DNA from: an uncultured Clostridia bacterium
GTDB taxonomy: Bacteria; Bacillota; Clostridia; Oscillospirales; Acutalibacteraceae
NCBI GenBank assembly: GCA_905235625.1
Contig: CAJOLX010000001.1
Span: forward strand, 38,587-102,586
Direction of reading: 5' to 3'
Length of the DNA stretch: 64,000 nt
Shown here one piece after another: positions 16,478 through 26,120 of this stretch. Both the position numbers and the translations under genes were made by a program. Each line of letters opens with the position of its first letter. Positions within the stretch are counted from its first letter, which is position 1. The notes beneath the pieces were generated by a model. The model did no database searches and was not told the origin of the DNA. It saw only the letters and a program-made list of their open reading frames with translations.

Positions 16478-17955
16478 TGAAAAATATTCCCGAAGTAAAG
16501 CTCGGAATTATTTCCGTGAGCCGTGACTGTTTCCCGATAGCGCTTTCAAATGAAAGAAGAAAAGCCATTGTCGGCGCTTACGGCGGAGAAATTTACGAAT
16601 ACGCAAAGTCGGTTGAAAACGAGCTTGACGCAGTTGCGGCTGTGAAGGACGTTACCGCCGCCGGCTGCAACGCTCTCGTGGTTTTCCTCGGCAATTTCGG
16701 CCCCGAAACTCCGGAAACGCTCATCGCTCAAAAATTTGACGGCCCCTGCATGTACGTTGCGGCGGCTGAGGGCGACGGAGATTTGATAAACGGCAGGGGA
16801 GACGCTTATTGCGGAATGCTCAACTGCTCGTATAACCTCGGCATGCGCCATATAGCCGCGTATATACCGTCCTATCCCGTCGGCACCGCTTCCGACATAG
16901 CTTCAATGATAGAGGAATTCATCCCCATAGCGAGAGCTTACATAGGCGTTAAAAACCTTAAGATTATCACGTTCGGACCCCGCCCGCAGGATTTCTTTGC
17001 CTGCAACGCTCCCATAAAAGGGCTCTATGAGCTCGGCGTTGAGGTTGAGGAAAACAGCGAGCTCGACCTGCTTGTATCATACAAAGAGCACGCAAATGAC
17101 GACAGAATTGACGCCGTCTGCGCCGATATGGCAAACGAGCTGGGCGTGAGCGGCAACAATTACCCCGAGCTTCTGCCCCGTATGGCTCAGTTTGAGCTCA
17201 CCCTGCTCGATTGGGCCGAGAGCCACAAGGGCGCGAGAGAATACGTTTGCTTTGCGAATAAATGCTGGCCCGCTTTCCCCGAACAGTTCGGCTTTGAGCC
17301 CTGCTACGTCAATTCAAGGCTTGCCTCAAGAGGCATTCCCGTTGCGTGCGAGGTTGATATTTACGGCGCTCTTTCGGAGTATATCGGCGCCTGCGTTTCA
17401 AACGACGCCGTCACGCTGCTTGACATTAACAATTCCGTGCCCGCTTCTCTCTATGAAAAAGAAATCAAGGGCAAAACGGATTACAGCCTCACCGATACGT
17501 TTATGGGCTTCCACTGCGGCAACACTCCGTCATGCAAAATGTGCGGCGACAGAGCGGTCAAATATCAGCTCATTCAGCACAGACTTCTTGAGCCGGAAGG
17601 CTCCGAGCCCGATTTCACGAGAGGCACTTTGGAGGGCGACATCGCCGCGAGCGACATCACGTTTTATCGCCTTCAGTGCGACAGCGAGGGCAACCTCAGA
17701 AGCTATATCGCGCAGGGCGAAGTGCTCGACACGCCTACGGGCTCTTTCGGCGGCATAGGAGTTTTTGCCATTAAAGAAATGGGCAGATTTTACCGCCACG
17801 TGCTTATCGAAAAGCGTTTTCCGCATCACGGCGCCGTCGCTTTCGGCCACTACGGCAAAGCTCTTTACGAGGTGTTCAGGCTTCTCGGAGTTAAAGACAT
17901 CAGCTTCAACAAGCCCGCCTCTGAGCGTTATTCAACCGAAAACCCGTTTGATTGA
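16474..17955 (+). CDS. L-fucose/L-arabinose isomerase-family protein
   Basis: About 493 aa; overall resemblance to FucI/AraA-like sugar isomerases common next to FGGY kinases in Clostridia; ATG 16474 overlaps the xylB stop (ATGA) 5 nt after AAGGAG; the ORF track start at 16468 is GTG. Confidence 0.6.
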   Translation: MMKNIPEVKLGIISVSRDCFPIALSNERRKAIVGAYGGEIYEYAKSVENELDAVAAVKDVTAAGCNALVVFLGNFGPETPETLIAQKFDGPCMYVAAAEGDGDLINGRGDAYCGMLNCSYNLGMRHIAAYIPSYPVGTASDIASMIEEFIPIARAYIGVKNLKIITFGPRPQDFFACNAPIKGLYELGVEVEENSELDLLVSYKEHANDDRIDAVCADMANELGVSGNNYPELLPRMAQFELTLLDWAESHKGAREYVCFANKCWPAFPEQFGFEPCYVNSRLASRGIPVACEVDIYGALSEYIGACVSNDAVTLLDINNSVPASLYEKEIKGKTDYSLTDTFMGFHCGNTPSCKMCGDRAVKYQLIQHRLLEPEGSEPDFTRGTLEGDIAASDITFYRLQCDSEGNLRSYIAQGEVLDTPTGSFGGIGVFAIKEMGRFYRHVLIEKRFPHHGAVAFGHYGKALYEVFRLLGVKDISFNKPASERYSTENPFD

Positions 17956-17977
17956 TAATATATCTTTGCATAAAGAG

Positions 17978-18006
17978 CGGAGCCTTCCGAAAATCGGAAG
18001 GCTCCG
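17978..18006. terminator. bidirectional hairpin terminator between convergent genes
   Basis: 13-bp stem cggagccttccga / tcggaaggctccg. Confidence 0.65.
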
Positions 18007-18017
18007 TGTGATTATTT

Positions 18018-19931
18018 TCAATTATGTATCGTTCTTTGTGAAATACCTTCTATGGAAGTTATAGCCCAGTCGGTACCCTTTGATTCGATTATCGAGCCGC
18101 AATATTCGCACCTGCCTGCGGTGTTTATTTCGAGCGGTGCGCCGCAGTTCGGGCAAACCTCGGTGTGAAGGCCGCTGTCCGCTGTTTTAACGCCTCTCGG
18201 CCTTACGAGAGTCCATCTGTATTCCATCATCTTGATGTCTTTGGGATTTCCTCTTACAACCTCATCCGTTTTGTCGTCTATAACGTAATCTCTTATCGAG
18301 GCGGAAATGAGGACTTCTATAACGTCGTTTTCTCCGTTTACGTACCAGCCCGACGGAATAACGGAATTTACGTTAATATCCGTAACGATATTCGTCTGAC
18401 CGTCCGAGCGAAGGTGAGAGAGCTGGCGGTCGATCTGAGCGTAAAACGTGTCGGTCATATATCCTCTCAGAGGAGTGAGGTCTTTGTTTTGCCAGCCGTT
18501 TTGAAGCTCAACGTACATCTTCGCTATTCTTTCGGTGAATTCGTAAACGCTGAAGGTGTCGTCAACGCTCTGATATTCCGAAACGGGCACGAGATTTTGC
18601 TTTTGAGTTTTGGTAACCTGCACCGGTCTCGCAGCTGCCGACGGCCTGTCTTTCTTTATAAGAACCTTTCTGACAATGAGCAAAATGACGTCGAATATAA
18701 CTATGAGCGCGAGTATTCCCATCGCGATGCTGCCGTCTTCATTTTCAATGTCGGCATCCGTTAAAAGCAGCACCGCGTTAACCGCAGCTCCGGCAGGCGA
18801 ATAATACAGCGCTTTTCCGAGATAAGGCTCATCCGTCGGGTAGTCTTCGTAGCTGTATCTCTTCGGCTCCTCGGTCGTTACGTAATCGTCATCGTTACCG
18901 CTGTCGTAGCCGCCGTAGTCATATCCGCCGGAGTCGTAGCCGCCGCCGTAATCATATCCGCCGCCGTAGTCATAATCTCCGCCGTAATCGCCGAAATCCG
19001 CTTTTGAAATTATGCCGAGAGAGTTTACCGAAACAGCCAGAGCAAAGATAACGGCAAATGCTCTCAGGGCGCTCTTATTAAGCTTTTTCTTTTTAACGAG
19101 AATGACGATTGCAGTCGCCGCCGCCAAAACTATGCCGAGAAATATGCAGGCATTAAAAACGGAGTCAGGGTAGCCCATGAGCATATCGTAAAAATCGTTT
19201 ACGGTATTTTCTCCCTGCAAAACGTAAGCGTCTTCCGACTTTTCCGCTTTGCAGAAGGTCATATTTTCCTGCTCGCCGATGAACGTGTATTTCGCTCCGC
19301 TTTCGGGGTTTACCGCTTTGTAGGTTATTCTTACGTCGCCTATAGCGGGGTTTGCGGGGTCATCCGCAAAATACAGCCTTCCTTCATAAAGACGGGCGCC
19401 GATTGAGTCCGCCTGTTCCTTTGCGGCATTTATAATTTCGCTTTCGGATTCGCCGAATTTCGCAACGGTCAAAAGGCCGCTTTCGCCGATTTTCAGATTT
19501 CCGCCGTCCAAAACGGCGTCGTTAAAGAAGTAAGCGTTTTGATACTCTTTTGTAAACTCGGGGTTGGTGTATTCTTTTTCGCCGCCGATGTTCATTACCT
19601 GACTTGATCTGAATTCTTTATATACGGAGTAGCCGTCGGTAGTGTACTGATACACTTCAACTTCTCTTTTGAGCGCCATTGCGTTTGTCGAAATTCCCGT
19701 GAGCGGGTCGGTAACGGTGCCGAGCGCTTTCGGCGTGCCCACGGCAAAAACGGTTTTTCCGTCATTTTCGGCGCTCGTATTGCCGCCGATTATTTCGGTT
19801 ACTTCGGGCAGCTCGAAATTATCCGGATTGCCGCTTACCTTCGCGTTAAGCGCAACCAAAAAGAAAAACAGCGAGATTGAACAAAGTATTATGACCGATA
19901 CGGAAGATTTTTTGAGCAGCTTTTTCATCAT
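18018..19931 (-). CDS. membrane protein fusing a TMEM43/DUF1625-like N-terminal region, a Gly/Tyr/Asp repeat linker and a C-terminal Tim44-like domain with zinc ribbon
   Basis: 637 aa; EVEVYQY and GDVRITY motifs reminiscent of TMEM43 family; GDYGGDYDYGGGYDYGGGYDSGGYDYGGYDSG; Tim44-like ..FTERIAKMYVELQNGWQNKDLTPLRGYMTD..; CPNCG..CEYCG. Confidence 0.55.
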   Translation of the reverse strand: MMKKLLKKSSVSVIILCSISLFFFLVALNAKVSGNPDNFELPEVTEIIGGNTSAENDGKTVFAVGTPKALGTVTDPLTGISTNAMALKREVEVYQYTTDGYSVYKEFRSSQVMNIGGEKEYTNPEFTKEYQNAYFFNDAVLDGGNLKIGESGLLTVAKFGESESEIINAAKEQADSIGARLYEGRLYFADDPANPAIGDVRITYKAVNPESGAKYTFIGEQENMTFCKAEKSEDAYVLQGENTVNDFYDMLMGYPDSVFNACIFLGIVLAAATAIVILVKKKKLNKSALRAFAVIFALAVSVNSLGIISKADFGDYGGDYDYGGGYDYGGGYDSGGYDYGGYDSGNDDDYVTTEEPKRYSYEDYPTDEPYLGKALYYSPAGAAVNAVLLLTDADIENEDGSIAMGILALIVIFDVILLIVRKVLIKKDRPSAAARPVQVTKTQKQNLVPVSEYQSVDDTFSVYEFTERIAKMYVELQNGWQNKDLTPLRGYMTDTFYAQIDRQLSHLRSDGQTNIVTDINVNSVIPSGWYVNGENDVIEVLISASIRDYVIDDKTDEVVRGNPKDIKMMEYRWTLVRPRGVKTADSGLHTEVCPNCGAPLEINTAGRCEYCGSIIESKGTDWAITSIEGISQRTIHN

Positions 19932-20045
19932 TTAACCTCTTTGATTTTGCTTTTGTCCGCGCCGCCGCAATTTGACGCATACGACATTAAATTACTTTCC
20001 GTAAATATAATATCACCCGTAAGCCTCTCTGTAAATAAAAAAATG

Positions 20046-20074
20046 TTGACTAATCATTGTTTTTGGGGTAAAAT
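20046..20074 (+). promoter_or_regulatory. sigma-70-type promoter
   Basis: TTGACT, 17 nt, TAAAAT. Confidence 0.6.
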
Positions 20075-20092
20075 ATACGGGAAATAGAATTT

Positions 20093-20218
20093 GAACCTCG
20101 TTAGAGGGGAGTAGCTTTAAATCTATAGTTCAACAACCGCCTTAACGGCTGGCTATAGGTGCATTTTTATGTTAGCGAGACCTTTAACATAGCTTTCGGG
20201 CTGTGTTGAAGGTTTTTA
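20093..20218 (+). promoter_or_regulatory. yybP-ykoY (Mn2+) riboswitch with expression-platform terminator
   Basis: Conserved AGAGGGGAGUAG (20103-20114) and GCGAGACCUUU (20175-20185). The terminator acctttaacatagc / gctgtgttgaaggt plus T-run (20182-20217) shares its 5' strand with the 3' side of P1. Confidence 0.8.
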
Positions 20219-20246
20219 TTATAACCGTAAAGAGAGTGTGAAGTTG

Positions 20247-22982
20247 ATGAAGCATTATCTTGAAGAGTCCGAGGCTGTTCTCAAAGAGCTTGATACAAGC
20301 GAAAACGGTCTGACCTCACAGGAAGCTGAGAGCAGACTTGCCCGAGACGGCAAGAATAAGCTCAAGGAGCAGGAAAAAGAAACTTTGTTTAAGAAGTTTC
20401 TTCGCTCAATCGCCGACCCGATGATAATCATGCTTATCGTGGCGGCGTTCATTCAGGCGGTCGTTACCGTTATTGAAAGCCACGGCAAGCCTTCACTGAT
20501 GGATTTTGCCGACGTGCTCGTAATCCTCGTGGTCGTCATTATCAACACGATAATGAGCCTCATTCAGGAGAGCAAGGCAGAGGCGGCTATGGAAGCGCTC
20601 ATGCAAATGACCGCCGCAACGTCGAAGGTGCTCAGAGACGGCGAAGTTACCGTTATCAAGAGCGAAGACATCTGCGTAGGCGACGTTGTGGTGTTTGAAG
20701 CGGGCGACGCCGTTCCGGCGGACTGCCGCGTGCTGGAGTCCCACTCCATTAAATCCGAAGAAGCCGCTCTCACAGGCGAATCCGTGCCCGTTACCAAAAT
20801 CACGGATATGCTTAACTGCGCCGATTCAAACAGCGACGTTGCTCTGGGCGACAGAAAGAATATGCTTTATTCGGGCTCTACCATAGTTTACGGCAGAGGC
20901 AAAGCCGTTGTCACCGCCGTCGGTATGGACACCGAAATGGGCAAAATAGCCGACGCCCTGTCACAGGCGGAAGACGACCAGACTCCTCTTCAAAAGAAGA
21001 TGGCGGAGCTGTCAACGTTCCTTACGAAGCTCGTTGTCGGCATCTGCGTGCTCGTTTTCGTCGTTGGAGTCGGCAGAGAGCTTATTTCCGAAGGAATTGC
21101 GAATTTCTCGATTTCCGATTTCGGCGAAACCGCGCTTAACACCTTCATTGCCGCTATTGCGCTTGCCGTTGCGGCTATCCCCGAAGGTCTGCCCGCGGTT
21201 GTTACCATAATCCTATCAATAGGCGTTACCGCCATGTCAAAGAGGCAGGCGCTTATCCGCAGGCTCACAGCCGTTGAAACTCTCGGCTGCACTCAGATAA
21301 TCTGCTCCGATAAGACCGGCACTCTCACTCAGAATAAGATGACGGTCGTGGATGAATTCACCGCCGATAAAAATCTGCTTGCCCGCGCTATGGCTCTCTG
21401 CTCCGACGCTGAGATAAAGCCGGGTGAAGATAAATCCTCGGGCGAGCCCACCGAATGCGCTCTCGTAAATTACGCAAACACTCTCGGTATGCCGAAATAC
21501 GAGCTTAAAGAGAGCGAGCCCAGAATAGGCGAAGCTCCGTTTGACTCCGGGCGCAAGATGATGTCCACCGTTCATGAGTCAAACGGCAAATATATTCAGT
21601 ACACCAAGGGCGCCTGCGACGTTATGCTCTCTCACTGCACCCGTTATCTTGCCGAAAACGGCGAGGAAGTGCCGATGACCGAGGAGCTTAAAAACACGGT
21701 TGCCGCAAAGAATAAAGAATTTGCCGACCGCGCTCTCAGAGTGCTTTGCGCCGCTTACAGAAGCTATGACTCAAAGCCCGAGTCGTTTGAAGCGGCAGAC
21801 CTCGAAGACGACCTTGTGTTTATCGGCCTTACCGGCATGATAGACCCCTGCAGGCCCGAGGTTTACGACGCTATCAAAGAGTGCCGCGTAGCGGGCATCA
21901 GACCCATAATGATAACCGGCGACCATAAGGACACCGCCGTTGCGATAGGCAAAGACCTCGGCATAATCACCGATGACGCCGAAGCCGTTGTAGGCGCGGA
22001 GCTTGATAAATACACCGACGAAGAGCTTATCGACATAGTGCCCAAATATTCCGTTTACGCGAGAGTTCAGCCCGAGCATAAGTCGAGAATAGTGAGAGCC
22101 TGGAAGGCGAGAGGCATGGTCACCGCCATGACGGGCGACGGCGTTAACGACGCTCCTTCAATCAAAGCCGCCGATATAGGCATCGGCATGGGCATCACCG
22201 GCACGGACGTTACAAAGGGCGTTTCCGACATGGTGCTTGCCGACGATAACTTCGCCACTATCGTAAACGCCGTTGAAGAAGGCAGAAAGATTTACGATAA
22301 CGTGTGCAAGGTGCTTCAGTTCCAGCTTTCGACAAACCTTTCGGAAGTTATCATTATGTTTGTCGCGTCGCTTCTTAACTTCAACATTCTCGGCCCCGTT
22401 CATCTGCTTTGGATAAACATGGTTACCGACTCTGCTCCCGGCCTTGCTCTCGGCATGGAAAAAGCCGAAGGCGACCTTATGGAGAGAAAGCCGAGAAGCA
22501 GCTCCGACGGCATATTCTCACACGGAGCGGGCGCGGATATGGTGTGGCAGGGCGTATATCTTGCCATTATCGAAATCGGTGCGTATCTCATAGGATTTTT
22601 CCTTGAAAACGGCAGCCTCAGCGGTATGCTTAAGGGAATCGAATGCGCAAACGCCATGGCTATGGCGTTCCTCACGGTCAACTTTGCAGAGATGATGTGC
22701 GCTATCAATATGCGCTCGAGAGTAGGCTCTCTTTTCTCAAAGCATATGTTAAAGAACGTCAACTGGTGGCTGGTAGGCGCTTTCTTCCTCACAACGGCTC
22801 TTACCCTTGCGGCAATTTACGTGCCCGGTCTCAGAGACGTTTTCGACATGAGCGACCCCGTAACGGGCAAAGCGCTTTTCCAGACCAAAGAGCTTGTAAT
22901 TTCCGCTTTGCTTTCGCTTTCAACCGTGCCCGTGTTTGAAGTGGGCAAGGCAATTCACAGAGCGGTTGCCAAAGAAGACTGA
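20247..22982 (+). CDS. P-type (P2-like) cation-transporting ATPase, Ca2+/Mn2+ type
   Basis: About 911 aa; DKTGTLT phosphorylation site, TGDHKDTA, MTGDGVNDAP; ATG 20247 sits 10 nt after AAAGAGAG (the ORF track start 20238 is GTG). Confidence 0.9.
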   Translation: MKHYLEESEAVLKELDTSENGLTSQEAESRLARDGKNKLKEQEKETLFKKFLRSIADPMIIMLIVAAFIQAVVTVIESHGKPSLMDFADVLVILVVVIINTIMSLIQESKAEAAMEALMQMTAATSKVLRDGEVTVIKSEDICVGDVVVFEAGDAVPADCRVLESHSIKSEEAALTGESVPVTKITDMLNCADSNSDVALGDRKNMLYSGSTIVYGRGKAVVTAVGMDTEMGKIADALSQAEDDQTPLQKKMAELSTFLTKLVVGICVLVFVVGVGRELISEGIANFSISDFGETALNTFIAAIALAVAAIPEGLPAVVTIILSIGVTAMSKRQALIRRLTAVETLGCTQIICSDKTGTLTQNKMTVVDEFTADKNLLARAMALCSDAEIKPGEDKSSGEPTECALVNYANTLGMPKYELKESEPRIGEAPFDSGRKMMSTVHESNGKYIQYTKGACDVMLSHCTRYLAENGEEVPMTEELKNTVAAKNKEFADRALRVLCAAYRSYDSKPESFEAADLEDDLVFIGLTGMIDPCRPEVYDAIKECRVAGIRPIMITGDHKDTAVAIGKDLGIITDDAEAVVGAELDKYTDEELIDIVPKYSVYARVQPEHKSRIVRAWKARGMVTAMTGDGVNDAPSIKAADIGIGMGITGTDVTKGVSDMVLADDNFATIVNAVEEGRKIYDNVCKVLQFQLSTNLSEVIIMFVASLLNFNILGPVHLLWINMVTDSAPGLALGMEKAEGDLMERKPRSSSDGIFSHGAGADMVWQGVYLAIIEIGAYLIGFFLENGSLSGMLKGIECANAMAMAFLTVNFAEMMCAINMRSRVGSLFSKHMLKNVNWWLVGAFFLTTALTLAAIYVPGLRDVFDMSDPVTGKALFQTKELVISALLSLSTVPVFEVGKAIHRAVAKED

Positions 22983-23010
22983 TTGTCTTAAATATTATCA
23001 AATCGGCATC

Positions 23011-23039
23011 GGGGCGCGGAAAATTCCGCGCTCCGTTTT
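23011..23039 (+). terminator. rho-independent terminator
   Basis: ggggcgcgga / tccgcgctcc stem followed by gtttt. Confidence 0.7.
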
Positions 23040-23076
23040 GCTTTGCAAAATTATTGATTTTATCTTAAAAATTCGG

Positions 23077-23106
23077 TTGACAAACACGGCGTGTAAATGA
23101 TAGAAT
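23077..23106 (+). promoter_or_regulatory. pyr operon promoter
   Basis: TTGACA, 18 nt, TAGAAT. Confidence 0.6.
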
Positions 23107-23118
23107 AATCAAGAAGAA

Positions 23119-23153
23119 AATCTTTAAGGCGATACAGAGAGATCGGCAAGATT
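23119..23153 (+). promoter_or_regulatory. candidate PyrR-binding stem-loop in the pyr leader
   Basis: AAUCUUUAAGGCGAUACAGAGAGAUCGGCAAGAUU: outer stem AAUCUU/AAGAUU, UUUAAGG element and a CAGAGAG loop resembling the PyrR binding loop (..UCCAGAGAGG..). A weak hairpin plus T7 follows at 23212-23239. Confidence 0.5.
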
Positions 23154-23253
23154 TGCACATTTTAATATTATCCGGTCGTGATTTTCAGCGCCGGTGCTTT
23201 TGTGTGTTGCTTTGCCGATATCGACAAGGCAATTTTTTTCGGGGGCTGAATTT

Positions 23254-24468
23254 ATGACTGCAATTCGGGCAAATGTTCATAAAAACGAATTTTCGGGGAT
23301 CGCGACTCAGGCATTTTCAAAATGCCTTGCTATCGACCCCTCATTTTTTGCCTACAATTCCGAAGAATATACCGTTTTTCCCGGCTTTTGTGACGTTCAT
23401 GTTCATTTCAGAGAGCCGGGGTTTTATTATAAAGAGACCATCCGCACCGGTTCTCTTGCCGCCGCTCACGGCGGATACACCGCGGTTTGCACAATGCCCA
23501 ATTTAAACCCCGTGCCCGATTGCCGCTCAAATCTTTCTCTTCAGCTTTCAATTATAAACATCGACTCGGTAATAAATATTTACCCCTACGGCGCCGTTAC
23601 CGTCGGCGAAAAGGGCGAGAAGCTCTCCGATATGGAGTCAATGGCGGGCAAGGTTGCCGCTTTTTCGGATGACGGCAGGGGAGTGCAAAGCGCAGAAATA
23701 ATGAATGAGGCCATGCTCAAGGCGAAGTCTTTAGGCAAGATTATCGCCGCCCACTGCGAGGATAACAGCCTGCTTTTCGGCGGATATATTCACGACGGAG
23801 CTTATTGCCGCTCTCACGGCCACAAGGGCATCTCTTCCGAGAGCGAATGGAAGCAGGTCGAGAGAGACCTTGACCTCGTTGCTCAGACGGGCTGCGCCTA
23901 TCACGTTTGCCACGTTTCGTGCAAAGAAAGCGTTGAGCTCGTAAGGCAGGCAAAAAAAGCGGGCTTAAACGTTTCTTGCGAAACGGCTCCGCATTATCTG
24001 CTGCTTGACGAAAACGATATTTCGGAAGACGGCAGGTTCAAAATGAATCCGCCCCTCAGAGCCGAGAGCGACAGGCTCGCTCTTATTGAGGGCGTTTGCG
24101 ACGGCACTATTGAAATAGTTGCTACCGACCACGCTCCGCATTCGGCAAAAGAAAAATCCAAGGGCCTTGCCGACAGCGCTTTCGGCGTTGTGGGGCTTGA
24201 AACGGCGTTCCCCTCGCTCTATACGGGGCTTGTCAAAACGGGCGTTATTTCGCTCGATAGACTGATTGATTTGATTTGCGTAAATCCCCGCAAGCGTTTC
24301 GGCTTAAAGCCCGAAAAGGGATTTACCGTTTGGAATTTAAACGAAGAATATACGGTTGACCCCGGCGAATTTCTTTCAAAGGGCAGAGCCACTCCGTTTG
24401 AGGGCAAAAAGCTTTACGGCAAATGCCACGCGACCGTCTTAAACGGCGAAACGGCTTATAAGGGCTGA
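23254..24468 (+). CDS. pyrC: dihydroorotase
   Basis: ..FCDVHVHFREPG.., ..DHAPH..; start chosen at ATG 23254, 8 nt after GGGGG (the ORF track begins at 23194, inside the leader). Confidence 0.88.
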   Translation: MTAIRANVHKNEFSGIATQAFSKCLAIDPSFFAYNSEEYTVFPGFCDVHVHFREPGFYYKETIRTGSLAAAHGGYTAVCTMPNLNPVPDCRSNLSLQLSIINIDSVINIYPYGAVTVGEKGEKLSDMESMAGKVAAFSDDGRGVQSAEIMNEAMLKAKSLGKIIAAHCEDNSLLFGGYIHDGAYCRSHGHKGISSESEWKQVERDLDLVAQTGCAYHVCHVSCKESVELVRQAKKAGLNVSCETAPHYLLLDENDISEDGRFKMNPPLRAESDRLALIEGVCDGTIEIVATDHAPHSAKEKSKGLADSAFGVVGLETAFPSLYTGLVKTGVISLDRLIDLICVNPRKRFGLKPEKGFTVWNLNEEYTVDPGEFLSKGRATPFEGKKLYGKCHATVLNGETAYKG

Positions 24469-24480
24469 GAAAGGCAAAAA

Positions 24481-25215
24481 ATGAAACAAGGTTTATTTGA
24501 AGTATTAAAAAATAAGCGGCTGACCGACAGCGTTTATGAAATGACGCTTGCAGGCGACACGTCCGCGATAACCGCCCCCGGTCAGTTTGTAAATATCCGC
24601 CTTGACGGCTTTTATCTGCGCAGGCCAATTTCCGTTTGCGACTGTGAAGAAGGAAAGCTGACGATAGTTTACAAAACCGTGGGAAAAGGCACGGAATATC
24701 TCGCCGCTGCGAAAACGGGCGACAAATTCGACGTTCTGACGGGCCTCGGCAACGGATACGACCTTGCTTTGTCGGGCTCGAGCGCTCTGCTTATCGGAGG
24801 GGGCGTCGGAGTTCCTCCGCTTTACCTGCTCGCGAAGCGGCTTATATCGGAGGGCAAAAGCGTTAAAGTGATACTCGGTTTTAACACCGCTTCCGAAGTT
24901 TTTTATGAAGAAGAATTCAAAGCGCTCGGCGCTTCGGTAACGGTCACCACCGCCGACGGCACGAAGGGAGTTAAAGGCTTCGTCACCGCCGCCATGGACT
25001 GCGGCTGTTCTTATTTTTACACCTGCGGCCCCGAGCCGATGCTCAAAGCCGTTTACGCCGCCTCAAAAACCTCGGGGCAGTTCAGCTTTGAAGAGAGAAT
25101 GGGCTGCGGCTTCGGCGCCTGCATGGGCTGCTCATGCAAAACCGTCACGGGCTATAAGCGAATATGCAAAGACGGCCCCGTGCTCCGAAAGGAGGAAATT
25201 TTATGGCAGGAATGA
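24481..25215 (+). CDS. pyrK: dihydroorotate dehydrogenase electron-transfer subunit
   Basis: 244 aa; FAD/NAD-binding fold and C-terminal 2Fe-2S motif CGFGACMGCSC. Confidence 0.88.
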   Translation: MKQGLFEVLKNKRLTDSVYEMTLAGDTSAITAPGQFVNIRLDGFYLRRPISVCDCEEGKLTIVYKTVGKGTEYLAAAKTGDKFDVLTGLGNGYDLALSGSSALLIGGGVGVPPLYLLAKRLISEGKSVKVILGFNTASEVFYEEEFKALGASVTVTTADGTKGVKGFVTAAMDCGCSYFYTCGPEPMLKAVYAASKTSGQFSFEERMGCGFGACMGCSCKTVTGYKRICKDGPVLRKEEILWQE

Positions 25216-26120
25216 AAGTGAATTTATGCTCTCTTGAGCTTGACAATCCCGTTATACCTGCGTCCGGCACCTTCGGTTTCGGCTATGAATTTGCCGAGCT
25301 TTATGACATAAATATTCTCGGCACGTTCTCTTTTAAAGGCACGACGAGAGAGCCCCGTTTCGGCAACCCCACGCCCCGCATAGCCGAATGCACGGCGGGT
25401 ATGATAAATTCCGTTGGGCTTCAAAATCCGGGCGTTGATAAGGTTATAAGCGAAGAGCTGCCGAAGCTTCAAAAAGTCTTTTCAAAAAAGGTGATGGCAA
25501 ACGTCAGCGGCTTTTCGGTCGAGGATTACGCCTACACCTGCGAAAAGCTCGATAAATGCCCTCAGGTCGGCTGGCTTGAGGTAAACGTGAGCTGCCCCAA
25601 CGTTCACGGCGGAGGAATGAGCTTCGGCACTTCACCCGAATCCGCCGCAGAGGTAACGAAAGCCGTAAAGCAGATAACGACAAAGCCCGTTATAATCAAG
25701 CTTTCGCCGAACGTTACCGACATTGTTTCCATAGCGAAGGCGTGCGAAGAAGCGGGAGCGGACGGCATAAGCCTCATAAACACCCTGCTCGGCATGAGAA
25801 TAGACCTGAAGACCAAAAAGCCCGTTATCGCAATCGTCATGGGCGGTTTTTCGGGCCCCGCCGTTTTCCCGGTGGCTCTGAGAATGGTCTATCAGGTGTC
25901 TTCCGCCGTTAATGTGCCGGTAATCGGCATGGGCGGCGTTTCGAGCGCCGAGGACGTTATCGAAATGATGCTTGCAGGAGCGAGCGCGGTAGAGGTGGGC
26001 GCGGCAAATCTCGTTGACCCCTACGCCTGCAAAAACATAATCGAAGCTTTGCCGGAGGCTATGAAAAAATACGGCATAGATAATCTTGAAGACATAATAG
26101 GAGGAGCGCGCAATGGGTAA
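25203..26120 (+). CDS. pyrD: dihydroorotate dehydrogenase (class 1B) catalytic subunit
   Basis: ..NPVIPASGTFGFG.., ..NVSCPN..; ATG 25203 sits 6 nt after AAAGGAGGA (the ORF track start 25164 is upstream and overlaps pyrK). Confidence 0.88.
   Translation: MAGMKVNLCSLELDNPVIPASGTFGFGYEFAELYDINILGTFSFKGTTREPRFGNPTPRIAECTAGMINSVGLQNPGVDKVISEELPKLQKVFSKKVMANVSGFSVEDYAYTCEKLDKCPQVGWLEVNVSCPNVHGGGMSFGTSPESAAEVTKAVKQITTKPVIIKLSPNVTDIVSIAKACEEAGADGISLINTLLGMRIDLKTKKPVIAIVMGGFSGPAVFPVALRMVYQVSSAVNVPVIGMGGVSSAEDVIEMMLAGASAVEVGAANLVDPYACKNIIEALPEAMKKYGIDNLEDIIGGARNG

Noticed and set aside
23194-23253. N-terminal extension of pyrC in the ORF track (start 23194).
   Set aside because: The extension covers the leader hairpin and T-run and has no RBS. 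ATG 23254 has a GGGGG RBS and gives a normal dihydroorotase N-terminus.
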